Positions 40,945-49,537 are shown, numbered from the stretch's first letter. The stretch: 64,000 nt of DNA from an uncultured Gammaproteobacteria bacterium (GCA_964640435.1 CAZXFJ010000001.1:64542-128541), one strand, 5' to 3'. Translations and numbers: made by a program. Notes: a model not told the origin generated them from the letters alone.

Positions 40945-41526
40945 ATGACCCCGTTTGATATTCTCCGATTTAATTTTGAATGGATGACTTGGAACATCTT
41001 TTTGGCTATTATACCTGTTGTATTTGGTCGATGGATGGTTAAGGGTAAGACAAATATTAAGCGTATCCTTGCGGGTTTTGTGTGGTTCTTCTTTTTACCA
41101 AATTCAATCTATCTATTAACTGATCCAATTAATTTGTTTAAGGATGCAAGATTTTTAACAGGGATATATTTGATGCTGGACATAATTTTGTTTGCAATCC
41201 TTCTTCCAATTGGAGTCGTGACTTACATAATTTCGATGGGGTATTTTGAACGCATGCTCAATAAGGTTAAGGATAAGATTCTTAAACATTCGATTATTTT
41301 TATTCTTAACTCCTTGGTAGCCTTTGGAGTAGTATTAGGTCGTTTTCAAAGAGTGAACTCCTGGGAAGTGATCACTGATATACCCAACGTTATTGAAAAA
41401 AGCTTAGGAATACTCGCCTCACCTTCGCTTATGTCATGGGTAATATTTTTTGTAATATGTTTTGAGATTGTATATTATTACTTTGGTTCATTTGAAAGGC
41501 TTCGCCAAAGAGTCATCGCTGCGTAG
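40945..41526 (+). CDS. Hypothetical polytopic membrane protein (DUF1361-like)
   Basis: About 5 TM helices. The 3' end overlaps the convergent alkA-like gene by about 49 nt. Confidence 0.4.
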   Translation: MTPFDILRFNFEWMTWNIFLAIIPVVFGRWMVKGKTNIKRILAGFVWFFFLPNSIYLLTDPINLFKDARFLTGIYLMLDIILFAILLPIGVVTYIISMGYFERMLNKVKDKILKHSIIFILNSLVAFGVVLGRFQRVNSWEVITDIPNVIEKSLGILASPSLMSWVIFFVICFEIVYYYFGSFERLRQRVIAA

Positions 41527-42083
41527 GTCCTAAAAGGACTCCATTTTTTAGATAGTTTTTCCATTTGTTTTACTGTTGGTTTTTTCTTTAGCTTATAGAC
41601 TTTCATAATTGCATTTTGAAGACCAAGATCTCCATAAGAAAAGATATCAGGGCGTCCTAGAGAGAACATGAGAAACATTTCAGCGGTCCACCGACCAATG
41701 CCTTTAACCTTAACAAGTTCCTCAATAATTACTTCGCTATCAATTTCATTAAATTTATTAAGCTCAAGTTCTCTTTTTGTTACTTTTTCAGATAAATCTT
41801 TAAGATATGAGGTCTTTTGTTTTGAAAGGCCTACTTCTCTTAATTTTTCATCAGAAATTTTTAATAAGTCATTTGGGTTAACAAATTTATTCTTAAATAA
41901 GTTCTCAAATCTACTAAAAATAGTTGCAGCGGCTTTTACCGATAATTGTTGTCCAACGATTGACCGCGTTAGGCGATAAAAAGGATCAGGGTGAACTGCA
42001 AGCTCAAAAGGTAAAATACTAAGGGAGGTTTGGTGAAGAATAGGGTCTGTGATTTTAAAATGCTCGATTGCTTTTTTGTACAC
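41478..42083 (-). CDS. HhH-GPD DNA glycosylase (AlkA/3-methyladenine DNA glycosylase II-like)
   Basis: HhH-GPD motif (LVKVKGIGRWTAEMFLMFSLGRPD) with a catalytic Asp context. Confidence 0.7.
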   Translation of the reverse strand: MYKKAIEHFKITDPILHQTSLSILPFELAVHPDPFYRLTRSIVGQQLSVKAAATIFSRFENLFKNKFVNPNDLLKISDEKLREVGLSKQKTSYLKDLSEKVTKRELELNKFNEIDSEVIIEELVKVKGIGRWTAEMFLMFSLGRPDIFSYGDLGLQNAIMKVYKLKKKPTVKQMEKLSKKWSPFRTYAAMTLWRSLSNEPK

Positions 42084-42736
42084 TATTTACCAATTATAAC
42101 AACAGCATCATCGCGTCCTGAAGCATCTAGATTTGCGGAAGTTGATCCAACCGTATATTTTCCTGCTAAGTCACTCTTAAGAAGATTTAAATATTTATTC
42201 TGTGATGATTTAATTTGAATGGAAGCATTTGTATAGTCAAAGTTTTCTGCGTTTCCAACTTGAATAACATTCCATCCAAGGCCAGTCAAATAGTCTCCAG
42301 CAGTTTTGGATGCACCTGCTGTGCCACTTCCATTAAGAACATGAATCGCAAGCTTGCTTCTATCAAGCCCTGTTGTTCGATCGATTGTTGTAGATGATGT
42401 TGGTTTGGGACTTGGCGTTGTAGTAACAGTGTCTTTTGGTTCCTCGGTTGGAGTCATTTCTTCGGTTGGTGTTGCTTCTTCAGTTGGGAATAATTCTTCT
42501 GTTGGAGTAGGTGTTAGGTCGCTTGCTGTATCACTGCTTGATCCACTAATAAATTTAAATACTCCGAATACAATAAGGGCTAAAACGATAACGACAAAAA
42601 TGATAATAAATATTTTTTTAGGGGAACGACCTGAGTCTTGTTTATTAAGACGACTGCTTTCAAACTGAGTAGGGGCTTGGAATATTTCTCCTCTTTCCTC
42701 TTCTTCCATAGCCAATATAATAACAGGAAAAAGCAA
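42083..42736 (-). CDS. LytR_C-domain cell-envelope protein with TM anchor and a Pro/Thr/Glu repeat linker
   Basis: N-terminal TM, (A/M)TPTEE repeats, and a C-terminal LytR_C-like domain (IHVLNGSGTAGASKTAGDYLTGLGWNV). Confidence 0.6.
   Translation of the reverse strand: MLFPVIILAMEEEERGEIFQAPTQFESSRLNKQDSGRSPKKIFIIIFVVIVLALIVFGVFKFISGSSSDTASDLTPTPTEELFPTEEATPTEEMTPTEEPKDTVTTTPSPKPTSSTTIDRTTGLDRSKLAIHVLNGSGTAGASKTAGDYLTGLGWNVIQVGNAENFDYTNASIQIKSSQNKYLNLLKSDLAGKYTVGSTSANLDASGRDDAVVIIGK
42421..42514 (-). repeat. In-frame 15-nt period repeats encoding (x)TPTEE units within the LytR_C gene
   Basis: Repeated ttcggttgg/ttcagttgg units on the + strand. Protein: TPTPTEELFPTEEATPTEEMTPTEEP. Confidence 0.6.
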
Positions 42737-42763
42737 TTTTGCAAGTATTGATTTGCTAAAGTT

Positions 42764-42812
42764 AAATTTTAAATGTAAAGTTGACTTGACATTTAAAATT
42801 TCATCTGATAAT
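42764..42812 (+). promoter_or_regulatory. Promoter of the XRE operon, overlapped by a perfect 13-nt inverted repeat (AAATTTTAAATGT-N12-ACATTTAAAATTT) that flanks/overlaps the -35 (TTGACTTGACA); -10 TGATAAT
   Basis: Inverted-repeat arms at 42764-42776 and 42789-42801. -35-like TTGACT/TTGACA at 42781-42791. GATAAT at 42807-42812. Confidence 0.5.
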
Positions 42813-42824
42813 GTTTAACCATGT

Positions 42825-43025
42825 ATGGCAGAGGCAGTAAAAAATCGTGTTCAGGAGTATCGATCATTAAAAAAAATTACTCAAGAAGACTTAGCAAAAT
42901 CAGTTGGGGTAGCAAGACAGACAATAATTGCCATTGAGAAAGGAAATTATACTCCATCTGTTTTATTAGCTATTAAGATAGCAAAAGAATTAAAGGTAGA
43001 GCTTAAGGAATTATTTTACATATGA
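42825..43025 (+). CDS. XRE-family HTH transcriptional regulator (66 aa, YozG-like)
   Basis: HTH_3/HTH_26 pattern [39 protein letters not shown]. Confidence 0.8.
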   Translation: MAEAVKNRVQEYRSLKKITQEDLAKSVGVARQTIIAIEKGNYTPSVLLAIKIAKELKVELKELFYI

Positions 43026-43387
43026 AAGAAATACATGCAGGTGAACTACTTATATCAGTAATTTTAATACTTCTTTTAATTTTCTTCTTAAATCCATTTC
43101 ATATCCTAATGCCGGATCCAATGCTTACTCTTATGATTGTTATTCTGCTAGTTTTATTTGGTATTTTTGCAGGTTTTGTTTTTAAAGAGAGCGTTCATGA
43201 TGAGAGAGAAAGTCTACATCGTTTTATTGCCGCTCGTTTTGCTTATCTAGTTGGCACAGGAGTACTTGTTATTGGGATAATTATTCAAAGCCTTTCACAC
43301 AGTGTCGACATTTTTTTAGTTGTAACTTTAATACTAATGATACTGGCAAAGATATTTGGTTTTTTGTATGCAAAGAATAAACATTAA
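43022..43387 (+). CDS. DUF2178-like small polytopic membrane protein, overlapping and cotranscribed with the XRE regulator
   Basis: Four hydrophobic helices. 4-nt start/stop overlap (ATGA). This pairing is typical of XRE-DUF2178 modules. Confidence 0.5.
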   Translation: MKEIHAGELLISVILILLLIFFLNPFHILMPDPMLTLMIVILLVLFGIFAGFVFKESVHDERESLHRFIAARFAYLVGTGVLVIGIIIQSLSHSVDIFLVVTLILMILAKIFGFLYAKNKH

Positions 43388-43402
43388 AGGAGGTGAGACA
43401 AA

Positions 43403-43669
43403 ATGAATAAAACAACAATGTGGATTATAGTTATTGTTGCATTAATTGTAGGATTTGTGGGTGGCTTTTTTATTGCAAATAGCCAAGCTTCTAAATCTAT
43501 GATGATGGTTAAAGAAGATATGCAAAAACAAATCAATGATGCAAAAATGGAAAATGAAAAAATGATGGAGGAGAATAGTGCGGGAGACGATAAGATGATG
43601 CAGGATGATTCAGGTTCCATGGAGCAGAGCGATACAATGATGCAAGATGACAAGATGATGGAGAAATAA
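43403..43669 (+). CDS. Methionine-rich (about 18% Met) small bitopic protein with MMQDD/KMMEE repeats
   Basis: Strong SD (AAAGGAGGTG) 8 nt upstream. N-terminal TM. C-terminal acidic Met-rich tail (SMMMV, KMMEEN, DDKMMQDD, DTMMQDDKMMEK). Confidence 0.6.
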   Translation: MNKTTMWIIVIVALIVGFVGGFFIANSQASKSMMMVKEDMQKQINDAKMENEKMMEENSAGDDKMMQDDSGSMEQSDTMMQDDKMMEK

Positions 43670-43720
43670 TTTCTCTAAAAGCCGGCCGGCTTAATTATCA
43701 TTGTATGTTTTAATATAAAT

Positions 43721-45457
43721 ATGATCACTTTATTAATATTTGCTTTTTTATCAGGACTTGTAACTATAGCTGCGCCATGTATTTGGCCTTTACTTCCGAT
43801 TGTTTTATCAAGTAGTGCTCTTAACGGGGACCATATGCGTCCTTTAGGTCTCACTCTTGGAATAATGACAAGTTTTGGTATTTTGACACTTTCAATTTCC
43901 TATCTTGTTGCCATATTTAAATTTGATGCTAATCTATTAAGAATTTTTTCAGTAGTAATTTTAGTGTTCTTAGGTCTCACACTTTTATTGCCACCACTTT
44001 CAAGAATTGTTGAATCATTTGTCTCACGATTTGCTGGAAAAATAGGTCCTCAAAACGTGCAAGGAGGATTTGTGCCTGGTTTTATAACAGGTCTTGCTTT
44101 AGGTGTAGTATGGACACCATGTGCTGGTCCAATACTTGCAACAATTGCCACACTTTCTGCAACCAAAGCTGTCGGATTGCAAATAGTTTTGGTAACAGCA
44201 GTTTATTTAATCGGCGTTGCAATACCTTTGTTTATATTTTCATATGCTGGTCAAAAATTTATTCAAAAAAGCAGATTTTTTAACAAATATACGGGTATCG
44301 TGCAGAGAGTATTTGGAGCGATAATAATTGCAACAGCTCTACTAATCTTTACTAACTATGACAAGGTTTTATCTGCCAATCTTTTAAATGCATTCCCATC
44401 GTATACAAGTTTTATCAATAATCTTGAAGGAAATAATCAAGTCTCAAAAGAACTAAACAAGATAAAAGGAAGTGAAGATAATTCGCAAAGTAATAATTCC
44501 TCACTGTTTAATGAAAATTATCCAGCACCAGAGCTTACAGGAATCACAAATTGGATTAACACTCCAGATGACAAACCTTTAACACTTAAGGATTTGAAGG
44601 GGAAAGTAGTACTCGTCGATTTTTGGACATATACATGTATTAATTGTATTCGGACATTGCCTCATGTTACTGCTTGGTATGACAAGTATAATAAAGACGG
44701 ATTTGTCACTATTGGGATTCATACACCTGAATTTGAGTTTGAGAAGAGTACAAATAATGTTGAGGCGGCAATAAAGCAATTTAATATTCATTATCCAGTT
44801 GCACAAGATAATAATTACGCTACATGGACCGCATTTCAAAATCAGTATTGGCCTGCAGAGTATTTAATAGATAAAAATGGAAACGTCAGACGTACTCATT
44901 TTGGAGAAGGAGAGTACGAGGAGATGGAGGAGGCAATTAGAATCTTATTGAAAGAAAAGGGAGCATCACTTTCAGCGGGACTTGTCGAAATGCCAGATGA
45001 TACTCCTGCTCAGCGAATTTCTCCTGAGACATATATAGGATCATCTCGTATGGAATATTATTACCCAAATGGAAGAGTTAATAACGGCTCATATACAAAT
45101 TTAAAACTACAACCACAGATTCCTGTAAATTCATTTGATTTTGGAGGTAGCTGGATAGTTAGCGACGAATATTCTCAAACAGGAAATAATGCATCCTTGG
45201 AATATAAATTTTATGCCAATAAAGTTTTCTTAGTATTAAAGCCAGCCAATAGTAATGCTGGAAAAGTTAGAGTTTTTCTTGATGGGAAAGTAGTGAGTAT
45301 TCTAAATAAGGGAAGGGATGTTAATAGTGATGGTTACATTCCAATTACTGAAGACAGATTATATGAATTAATAAACCTTCAAGGAAAATATGGCGAACAT
45401 TTGTTAAGACTCGAATTTAGTAATGGAATTCAAGTCTTTGCATTTACATTCGGATAA
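43721..45457 (+). CDS. DipZ-like thiol-disulfide oxidoreductase: CcdA/DsbD transmembrane electron-transfer domain fused to a TlpA-like thioredoxin domain and a C-terminal beta-rich domain
   Basis: TM Cys pair (AAPCIWPL, WTPCAGPIL). Thioredoxin CxxC (WTYTCINCIR). About 150-aa C-terminal extension. Confidence 0.75.
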   Translation: MITLLIFAFLSGLVTIAAPCIWPLLPIVLSSSALNGDHMRPLGLTLGIMTSFGILTLSISYLVAIFKFDANLLRIFSVVILVFLGLTLLLPPLSRIVESFVSRFAGKIGPQNVQGGFVPGFITGLALGVVWTPCAGPILATIATLSATKAVGLQIVLVTAVYLIGVAIPLFIFSYAGQKFIQKSRFFNKYTGIVQRVFGAIIIATALLIFTNYDKVLSANLLNAFPSYTSFINNLEGNNQVSKELNKIKGSEDNSQSNNSSLFNENYPAPELTGITNWINTPDDKPLTLKDLKGKVVLVDFWTYTCINCIRTLPHVTAWYDKYNKDGFVTIGIHTPEFEFEKSTNNVEAAIKQFNIHYPVAQDNNYATWTAFQNQYWPAEYLIDKNGNVRRTHFGEGEYEEMEEAIRILLKEKGASLSAGLVEMPDDTPAQRISPETYIGSSRMEYYYPNGRVNNGSYTNLKLQPQIPVNSFDFGGSWIVSDEYSQTGNNASLEYKFYANKVFLVLKPANSNAGKVRVFLDGKVVSILNKGRDVNSDGYIPITEDRLYELINLQGKYGEHLLRLEFSNGIQVFAFTFG

Positions 45458-45850
45458 TTAGTCCTCTGTAATCGTTGCGGGAATTTCTTTTCCTTCAGGT
45501 ATAAAACGTATGGAGAGTGAGTTAACACAGTGACGAGTATCCTTTTCGGTTAAATGTTCACCTCTAAAAACATGTCCTAAATGTGCTCCGCAATTTCCGC
45601 ATTCTATCTCAGTTCTTTCTCCATCGGGATCTGGAAGCTCGCGTACTGCATCAGGAAATGTGTCATCAAATGCTGGCCATCCACAATGTGCATCATATTT
45701 TGCCTTTGCAGAAAACAGAGGTAGATTGCAGCGACGACAAATAAAAGTTCCTGGGGCATAAAAGTCATCGTATTCTCCTGTAAATGGAGATTCCGTACCT
45801 TTATCTTCAATTATTCTTTTTTCTTCATCAGTCAACTTATTGTATTCCAT
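45458..45850 (-). CDS. msrB: Peptide-methionine (R)-S-oxide reductase
   Basis: Zn CxxC pairs (CRRCNLPLF, CGNCGAHLGHVF), catalytic RHCVNS, and GWPAF motif. Convergent with the DipZ gene with 0-nt spacing. Confidence 0.85.
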   Translation of the reverse strand: MEYNKLTDEEKRIIEDKGTESPFTGEYDDFYAPGTFICRRCNLPLFSAKAKYDAHCGWPAFDDTFPDAVRELPDPDGERTEIECGNCGAHLGHVFRGEHLTEKDTRHCVNSLSIRFIPEGKEIPATITED

Positions 45851-45935
45851 AATATATATTATACACCTCTTATTTCTTACAATAATCTCATCATTTTATG
45901 GGTTTATCTATTTATTAAAAGCTTAAAATGTCGAT

Positions 45936-46547
45936 ATGGTGCAAAGTGGGATACTTTTCGATAAGGCTAGAAACAGATCAATAATGCCATTAGGTGGTGA
46001 TCAAGAGCCCAATTGGAGATTGTATGATGACGTACCAATAGCACATCGAGAACCTACGCCTGAACAGAAAAGAATGATTGACGATAGTTATCAAGAAGCA
46101 TTAAAAGAGGTAATAAAAGATCAAGCAAAGCAGAGAGAAAGATTTAATAGTCTAGTAAAGCGCTCAAGTCAGACACTATATAAGATAAAAACTGTTTTTC
46201 CCTATAATTTTTTTCCTACAACAGTATCTATTGATCCACAAAAGGTAACACTGCAAATAAAAAACTTTTTCTCTTCTTCTGAAATTAGAAGTATTCATAT
46301 AAAAAACATCTCACATGTATTTGTAGATACAGGTCCATTCTTTGCTACACTTGTACTAATTGATCAAAGTATTTTGGATGATAATGTTGGAAAAATTCAA
46401 ATTCCATATTTAAAAAAACAGGAAGCACTTAAAGCTCGCAGAATAATTCAAGGACTTATTGTTGCACATAAGGAAGAAATTGATATTACAAAGTTAAGCG
46501 ATGACAACGTTGTCAGAAAACTTGAGGAAATTGGGCGCATGCAGTAG
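45936..46547 (+). CDS. Hypothetical protein (203 aa)
   Basis: ORF only. No recognisable motif. Confidence 0.35.
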   Translation: MVQSGILFDKARNRSIMPLGGDQEPNWRLYDDVPIAHREPTPEQKRMIDDSYQEALKEVIKDQAKQRERFNSLVKRSSQTLYKIKTVFPYNFFPTTVSIDPQKVTLQIKNFFSSSEIRSIHIKNISHVFVDTGPFFATLVLIDQSILDDNVGKIQIPYLKKQEALKARRIIQGLIVAHKEEIDITKLSDDNVVRKLEEIGRMQ

Positions 46548-46564
46548 TGTGTTAAAATAATTTC

Positions 46565-47239
46565 GTGAAATATCCAAAGAAAAAAGTAGCAGTAGCGATC
46601 TTTGCACACCCAGATGACGAAGCATTTGGTCCAGCTGGAACAATTCATAAATTAACTCGTGATTATGACGTTTATCTTCTCTGCGCAACAAAAGGTGAGA
46701 TAGGTGAAACAAGTATTGAAAACAAAAAGCCTCTTCACGAGATTCGTGCTGATGAGCTTCGAAAATCTGCAAAGATATTAGGAGTAAAAAAAGTATATTT
46801 TTTAGGTTTTATAGATGGGACACTTTCAAATAGTCTTTATCATAAATTAGCAGCAGAAATTGAAAAGCATTTGAAAAAATTAATGCCTGAACTTATTTTA
46901 ACTATGAATCCAAATGGAGGTTCAGGGCATATTGATCATATTGTTGTTTCCATGGTTTCGTCATTTGTTTTTGAACGATTATCATTTATTAAAAAGATTA
47001 TGTATACCGCTCAAACAAAAGAGGTAACAGATAAATCTGCAAAATATCCCTACTTTATATATAGACCCCAAGGTTTACCTCGAGAACAAATTGATGAAAT
47101 TGTCGATGTTTCAGATGTTTGGGAGGTAAAGCAGGCTGCTATGAAAACTCACGAGTCACAAAAACATGATTATGATAGAATAAATAAAATGCGGGAGGGC
47201 TTACCTCAAGAAGAGCACTTTTTAGTTAAAAATAGGTAG
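46565..47239 (+). CDS. PIG-L/LmbE-family N-acetylglucosaminyl deacetylase
   Basis: AHPDDE motif near the N-terminus and a HIDH metal-ligand motif (GGSGHIDH). Confidence 0.7.
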   Translation: MKYPKKKVAVAIFAHPDDEAFGPAGTIHKLTRDYDVYLLCATKGEIGETSIENKKPLHEIRADELRKSAKILGVKKVYFLGFIDGTLSNSLYHKLAAEIEKHLKKLMPELILTMNPNGGSGHIDHIVVSMVSSFVFERLSFIKKIMYTAQTKEVTDKSAKYPYFIYRPQGLPREQIDEIVDVSDVWEVKQAAMKTHESQKHDYDRINKMREGLPQEEHFLVKNR

Positions 47240-47250
47240 CAAATTGCCCC

Positions 47251-47279
47251 TTGACGAGGCACGATAATTTTTGTATTAT
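47251..47279 (+). promoter_or_regulatory. tuf promoter TTGACG, 17-nt spacer, (TG)TATTAT. The spacer contains GCACGA.
   Basis: Hexamers at 47251-47256 and 47274-47279. GCACGA at 47259-47264. A weak hairpin (ACACC-CAAGA-GGTGT) plus U-rich tract follows at 47287-47310 before the ATG. Confidence 0.55.
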
Positions 47280-47324
47280 ATATCTCACACCCAAGAGGTG
47301 TTTTATTTTTGACAAAAAACAAAT

Positions 47325-48506
47325 ATGGCTGGAAAATTTGACAGAACAAAACCACACGTTAATATAGGAACCATCGGTCACGTCGACCATGGTAAAACTA
47401 CGTTAACAGCTGCTATCACAACAGTTCTTGCTAAAAAAGGACTTGCTGAAGCAAAGAAATACGAAGATATTGATAATGCTCCTGAGGAAAAAGCTCGTGG
47501 AGTCACCATTAACATCTCCCACCAAGAGTACGAAACAGAAAACAGACACTATGCTCACATTGATGCTCCAGGACACGCTGATTATGTTAAAAACATGATC
47601 ACAGGAGCAGCTCAGATGGATGGAGCAATCCTTGTTGTATCTGCTGCAGACGGTCCAATGCCTCAAACACGTGAACACATTCTTCTTGCTCACCAAGTTG
47701 GTGTACCTAAGATCGTTGTCTTCCTTAATAAAGTAGACATGGTTTCAGACCCAGAGCTTATTGACCTTGTTGAAATGGAAGTACGTGAACTTCTTTCAAA
47801 ATACCAATATCCAGGAGATGAGACACCTATCGTTAAGGGTTCAGCTCTTAAAGCAACACAAGGTGATGCAGCAGCGGAAGAACAAATTCTTGAACTTATG
47901 AAGACTGTTGATGAATACGTTCCAACACCAGAACGTGACACAGATAAACCATTCCTTATGCCTGTTGAAGACGTTTTCTCAATTAAAGGTCGTGGAACAG
48001 TTGTAACCGGACGTGTAGAGCGTGGAATGATCAAAGTTAACGACACAGTTGAAATCGTTGGAATTAAACCAACAGTATCAACAGTTATTACAGGAATTGA
48101 AATGTTTAGAAAACAACTTGATGACGCACAAGCTGGAGATAACGCAGGACTATTACTTCGTGGAATTGAAAAAGAGAACGTAGAGCGTGGTCAAGTTATC
48201 GCAAAACCAGGTTCTATTACTCCTCACACAGAATTTGAAGCTGAAATTTACGTTCTTACCAAAGAAGAAGGTGGACGTCACACTCCATTCTTCAAAGGAT
48301 ACCGCCCACAGTTTTACATCAGAACAACTGACGTTACAGGTGAAGTTATCTTGCCAGATGGTGTAGAAATGGTTATGCCAGGAGACAATGCTAAAATGAC
48401 AGCAAAATTAATTGTACCTATTGCTCTTGAAGAAGGAATGAGATTTGCTATTCGTGAAGGTGGAAAGACAGTTGGAGCTGGAGTTATTACTAAGGTTCTT
48501 AAATAG
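47325..48506 (+). CDS. tuf: Elongation factor Tu
   Basis: [18 protein letters not shown] motifs. 393 aa. Confidence 0.97.
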   Translation: MAGKFDRTKPHVNIGTIGHVDHGKTTLTAAITTVLAKKGLAEAKKYEDIDNAPEEKARGVTINISHQEYETENRHYAHIDAPGHADYVKNMITGAAQMDGAILVVSAADGPMPQTREHILLAHQVGVPKIVVFLNKVDMVSDPELIDLVEMEVRELLSKYQYPGDETPIVKGSALKATQGDAAAEEQILELMKTVDEYVPTPERDTDKPFLMPVEDVFSIKGRGTVVTGRVERGMIKVNDTVEIVGIKPTVSTVITGIEMFRKQLDDAQAGDNAGLLLRGIEKENVERGQVIAKPGSITPHTEFEAEIYVLTKEEGGRHTPFFKGYRPQFYIRTTDVTGEVILPDGVEMVMPGDNAKMTAKLIVPIALEEGMRFAIREGGKTVGAGVITKVLK

Positions 48507-48550
48507 TTTAAGGGTTTCGCACATTTGAAAAGTTAAGTTCGCACGCTGCA

Positions 48551-48577
48551 GGCCTACTATTTAGTGGGCTTTTTTTG
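48551..48577 (+). terminator. Rho-independent terminator-like hairpin (GGCCTACT-ATTT-AGTGGGCT) + T7 between tuf and rpsJ
   Basis: 8-bp stem with two G·U pairs, 4-nt loop, followed by TTTTTTT. Confidence 0.45.
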
Positions 48578-48592
48578 TATTAAAATTTAAAT

Positions 48593-48904
48593 ATGGCACA
48601 AAAAGGAAGAATTAGAGTAAAACTTAAGAGTTATGATTCAAGGATCATAGATTCAACGTGTCAACAAATCCTTGATACAGCTATAAGAACCGGTGCAAAA
48701 GTCATCGGTCCTATTCCATTACCTACAAAAAGAAGCGTTTTTGTAGTAAACAAATCTCCTTTTATTGATAAAGATGCTCGTGAGCACTTCCAGCTTAAAA
48801 CTCACAAAAGACTTGTTGATATCATGAATCCAACTGATAAAACAATTGAATCTTTAATTCATTTAGATCTTCCAGCGGGAGTAGATGTAGAGATTAAGAT
48901 GTAA
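48593..48904 (+). CDS. rpsJ: 30S ribosomal protein S10
   Basis: [21 protein letters not shown]... S10 family. 103 aa. Confidence 0.95.
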   Translation: MAQKGRIRVKLKSYDSRIIDSTCQQILDTAIRTGAKVIGPIPLPTKRSVFVVNKSPFIDKDAREHFQLKTHKRLVDIMNPTDKTIESLIHLDLPAGVDVEIKM

Positions 48905-49322
48905 TAAGCTCTTTTACGAGCGTGTGAGTTTCAATTTTTTTCAATTCTTCAAGCATTTGTTCGCTTATATTGTAATTTTTCATTTCATCAAAGCTGATCC
49001 AAGCAAAATCTGAGTGCTCTTCTGATAATTGTACGTCATAGCTACCTATTACTTCACATAAGAAATCTATTTGAACATAATGAGTGTCGCGACCCGTATT
49101 TTCATACATCCAAACGGCAAGTGGTGAGCCTATTTTAACATCGAGTCCTGCTTCTTCTTTTATCTCGCGAGACGCACCAGATATTGGATCTTCCATGTAT
49201 TCGAGCTTTCCTCCGGGAATTTCCCATGATCCAGGCAAAAATGAGTCATTATCAGATCTTTTCATGAGTAAAAACTTATTATTATGGACAATAAAACCGC
49301 CGGTAACTACCTTTTGATTCAT
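48894..49322 (-). CDS. NUDIX hydrolase
   Basis: Nudix box GGKLEYMEDPISGASREIKEEAGL (Gx5Ex7REUxEExGU). The 3' end overlaps the rpsJ stop by 11 nt on the opposite strand. Confidence 0.8.
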   Translation of the reverse strand: MNQKVVTGGFIVHNNKFLLMKRSDNDSFLPGSWEIPGGKLEYMEDPISGASREIKEEAGLDVKIGSPLAVWMYENTGRDTHYVQIDFLCEVIGSYDVQLSEEHSDFAWISFDEMKNYNISEQMLEELKKIETHTLVKELITS

Positions 49323-49403
49323 AGATAGTTATTATAGCAAATTATTATTAAATCCTTATTTTTCTGAAAAATAAAATTATGTAATATTTGAATATCGGTC
49401 GTG

Positions 49404-49434
49404 TTGCAATTGAGCACGAAATCATATATAATCG
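49404..49434 (+). promoter_or_regulatory. Promoter for the rplC-led operon: TTGCAA, 17-nt spacer (TTGAGCACGAAATCATA), TATAAT
   Basis: Hexamers at 49404-49409 and 49427-49432, with the shared spacer element TTGAGCACGA. Confidence 0.55.
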
Positions 49435-49507
49435 TATCTTACATGTCCAAACTATTGATGTATTTCAATAATACATAAATCGAAGTCAATCCCTGGGGCA
49501 TATATTT

Positions 49508-49531
49508 AAGCGACTTCGAGTCGCTTTTTTT
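49508..49531 (+). terminator. Leader hairpin AAGCGACT-TCG-AGTCGCTT followed by TTTTT, ending at the rplC start; attenuator-like
   Basis: Perfect 8-bp stem, 3-nt loop, U-tract, then GTG/ATG of rplC at 49532/49538. No Shine-Dalgarno. Confidence 0.55.
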
Positions 49532-49537
49532 GTGGTT

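Noticed and set aside
42821-42913. Alternative-frame ATG (42821) giving a 30-aa ORF overlapping the XRE start
   Set aside because: It is out of frame with the conserved HTH protein and has no support beyond an ATG.
43654-43720. Perfect palindrome AAGCCGGCCGGCTT after the Met-rich ORF as a terminator
   Set aside because: A 5-6-bp GC stem is possible, but the loop is only 2-4 nt and no U-tract follows. It is more likely a short structural or regulatory palindrome, or chance. It is not called as a terminator.
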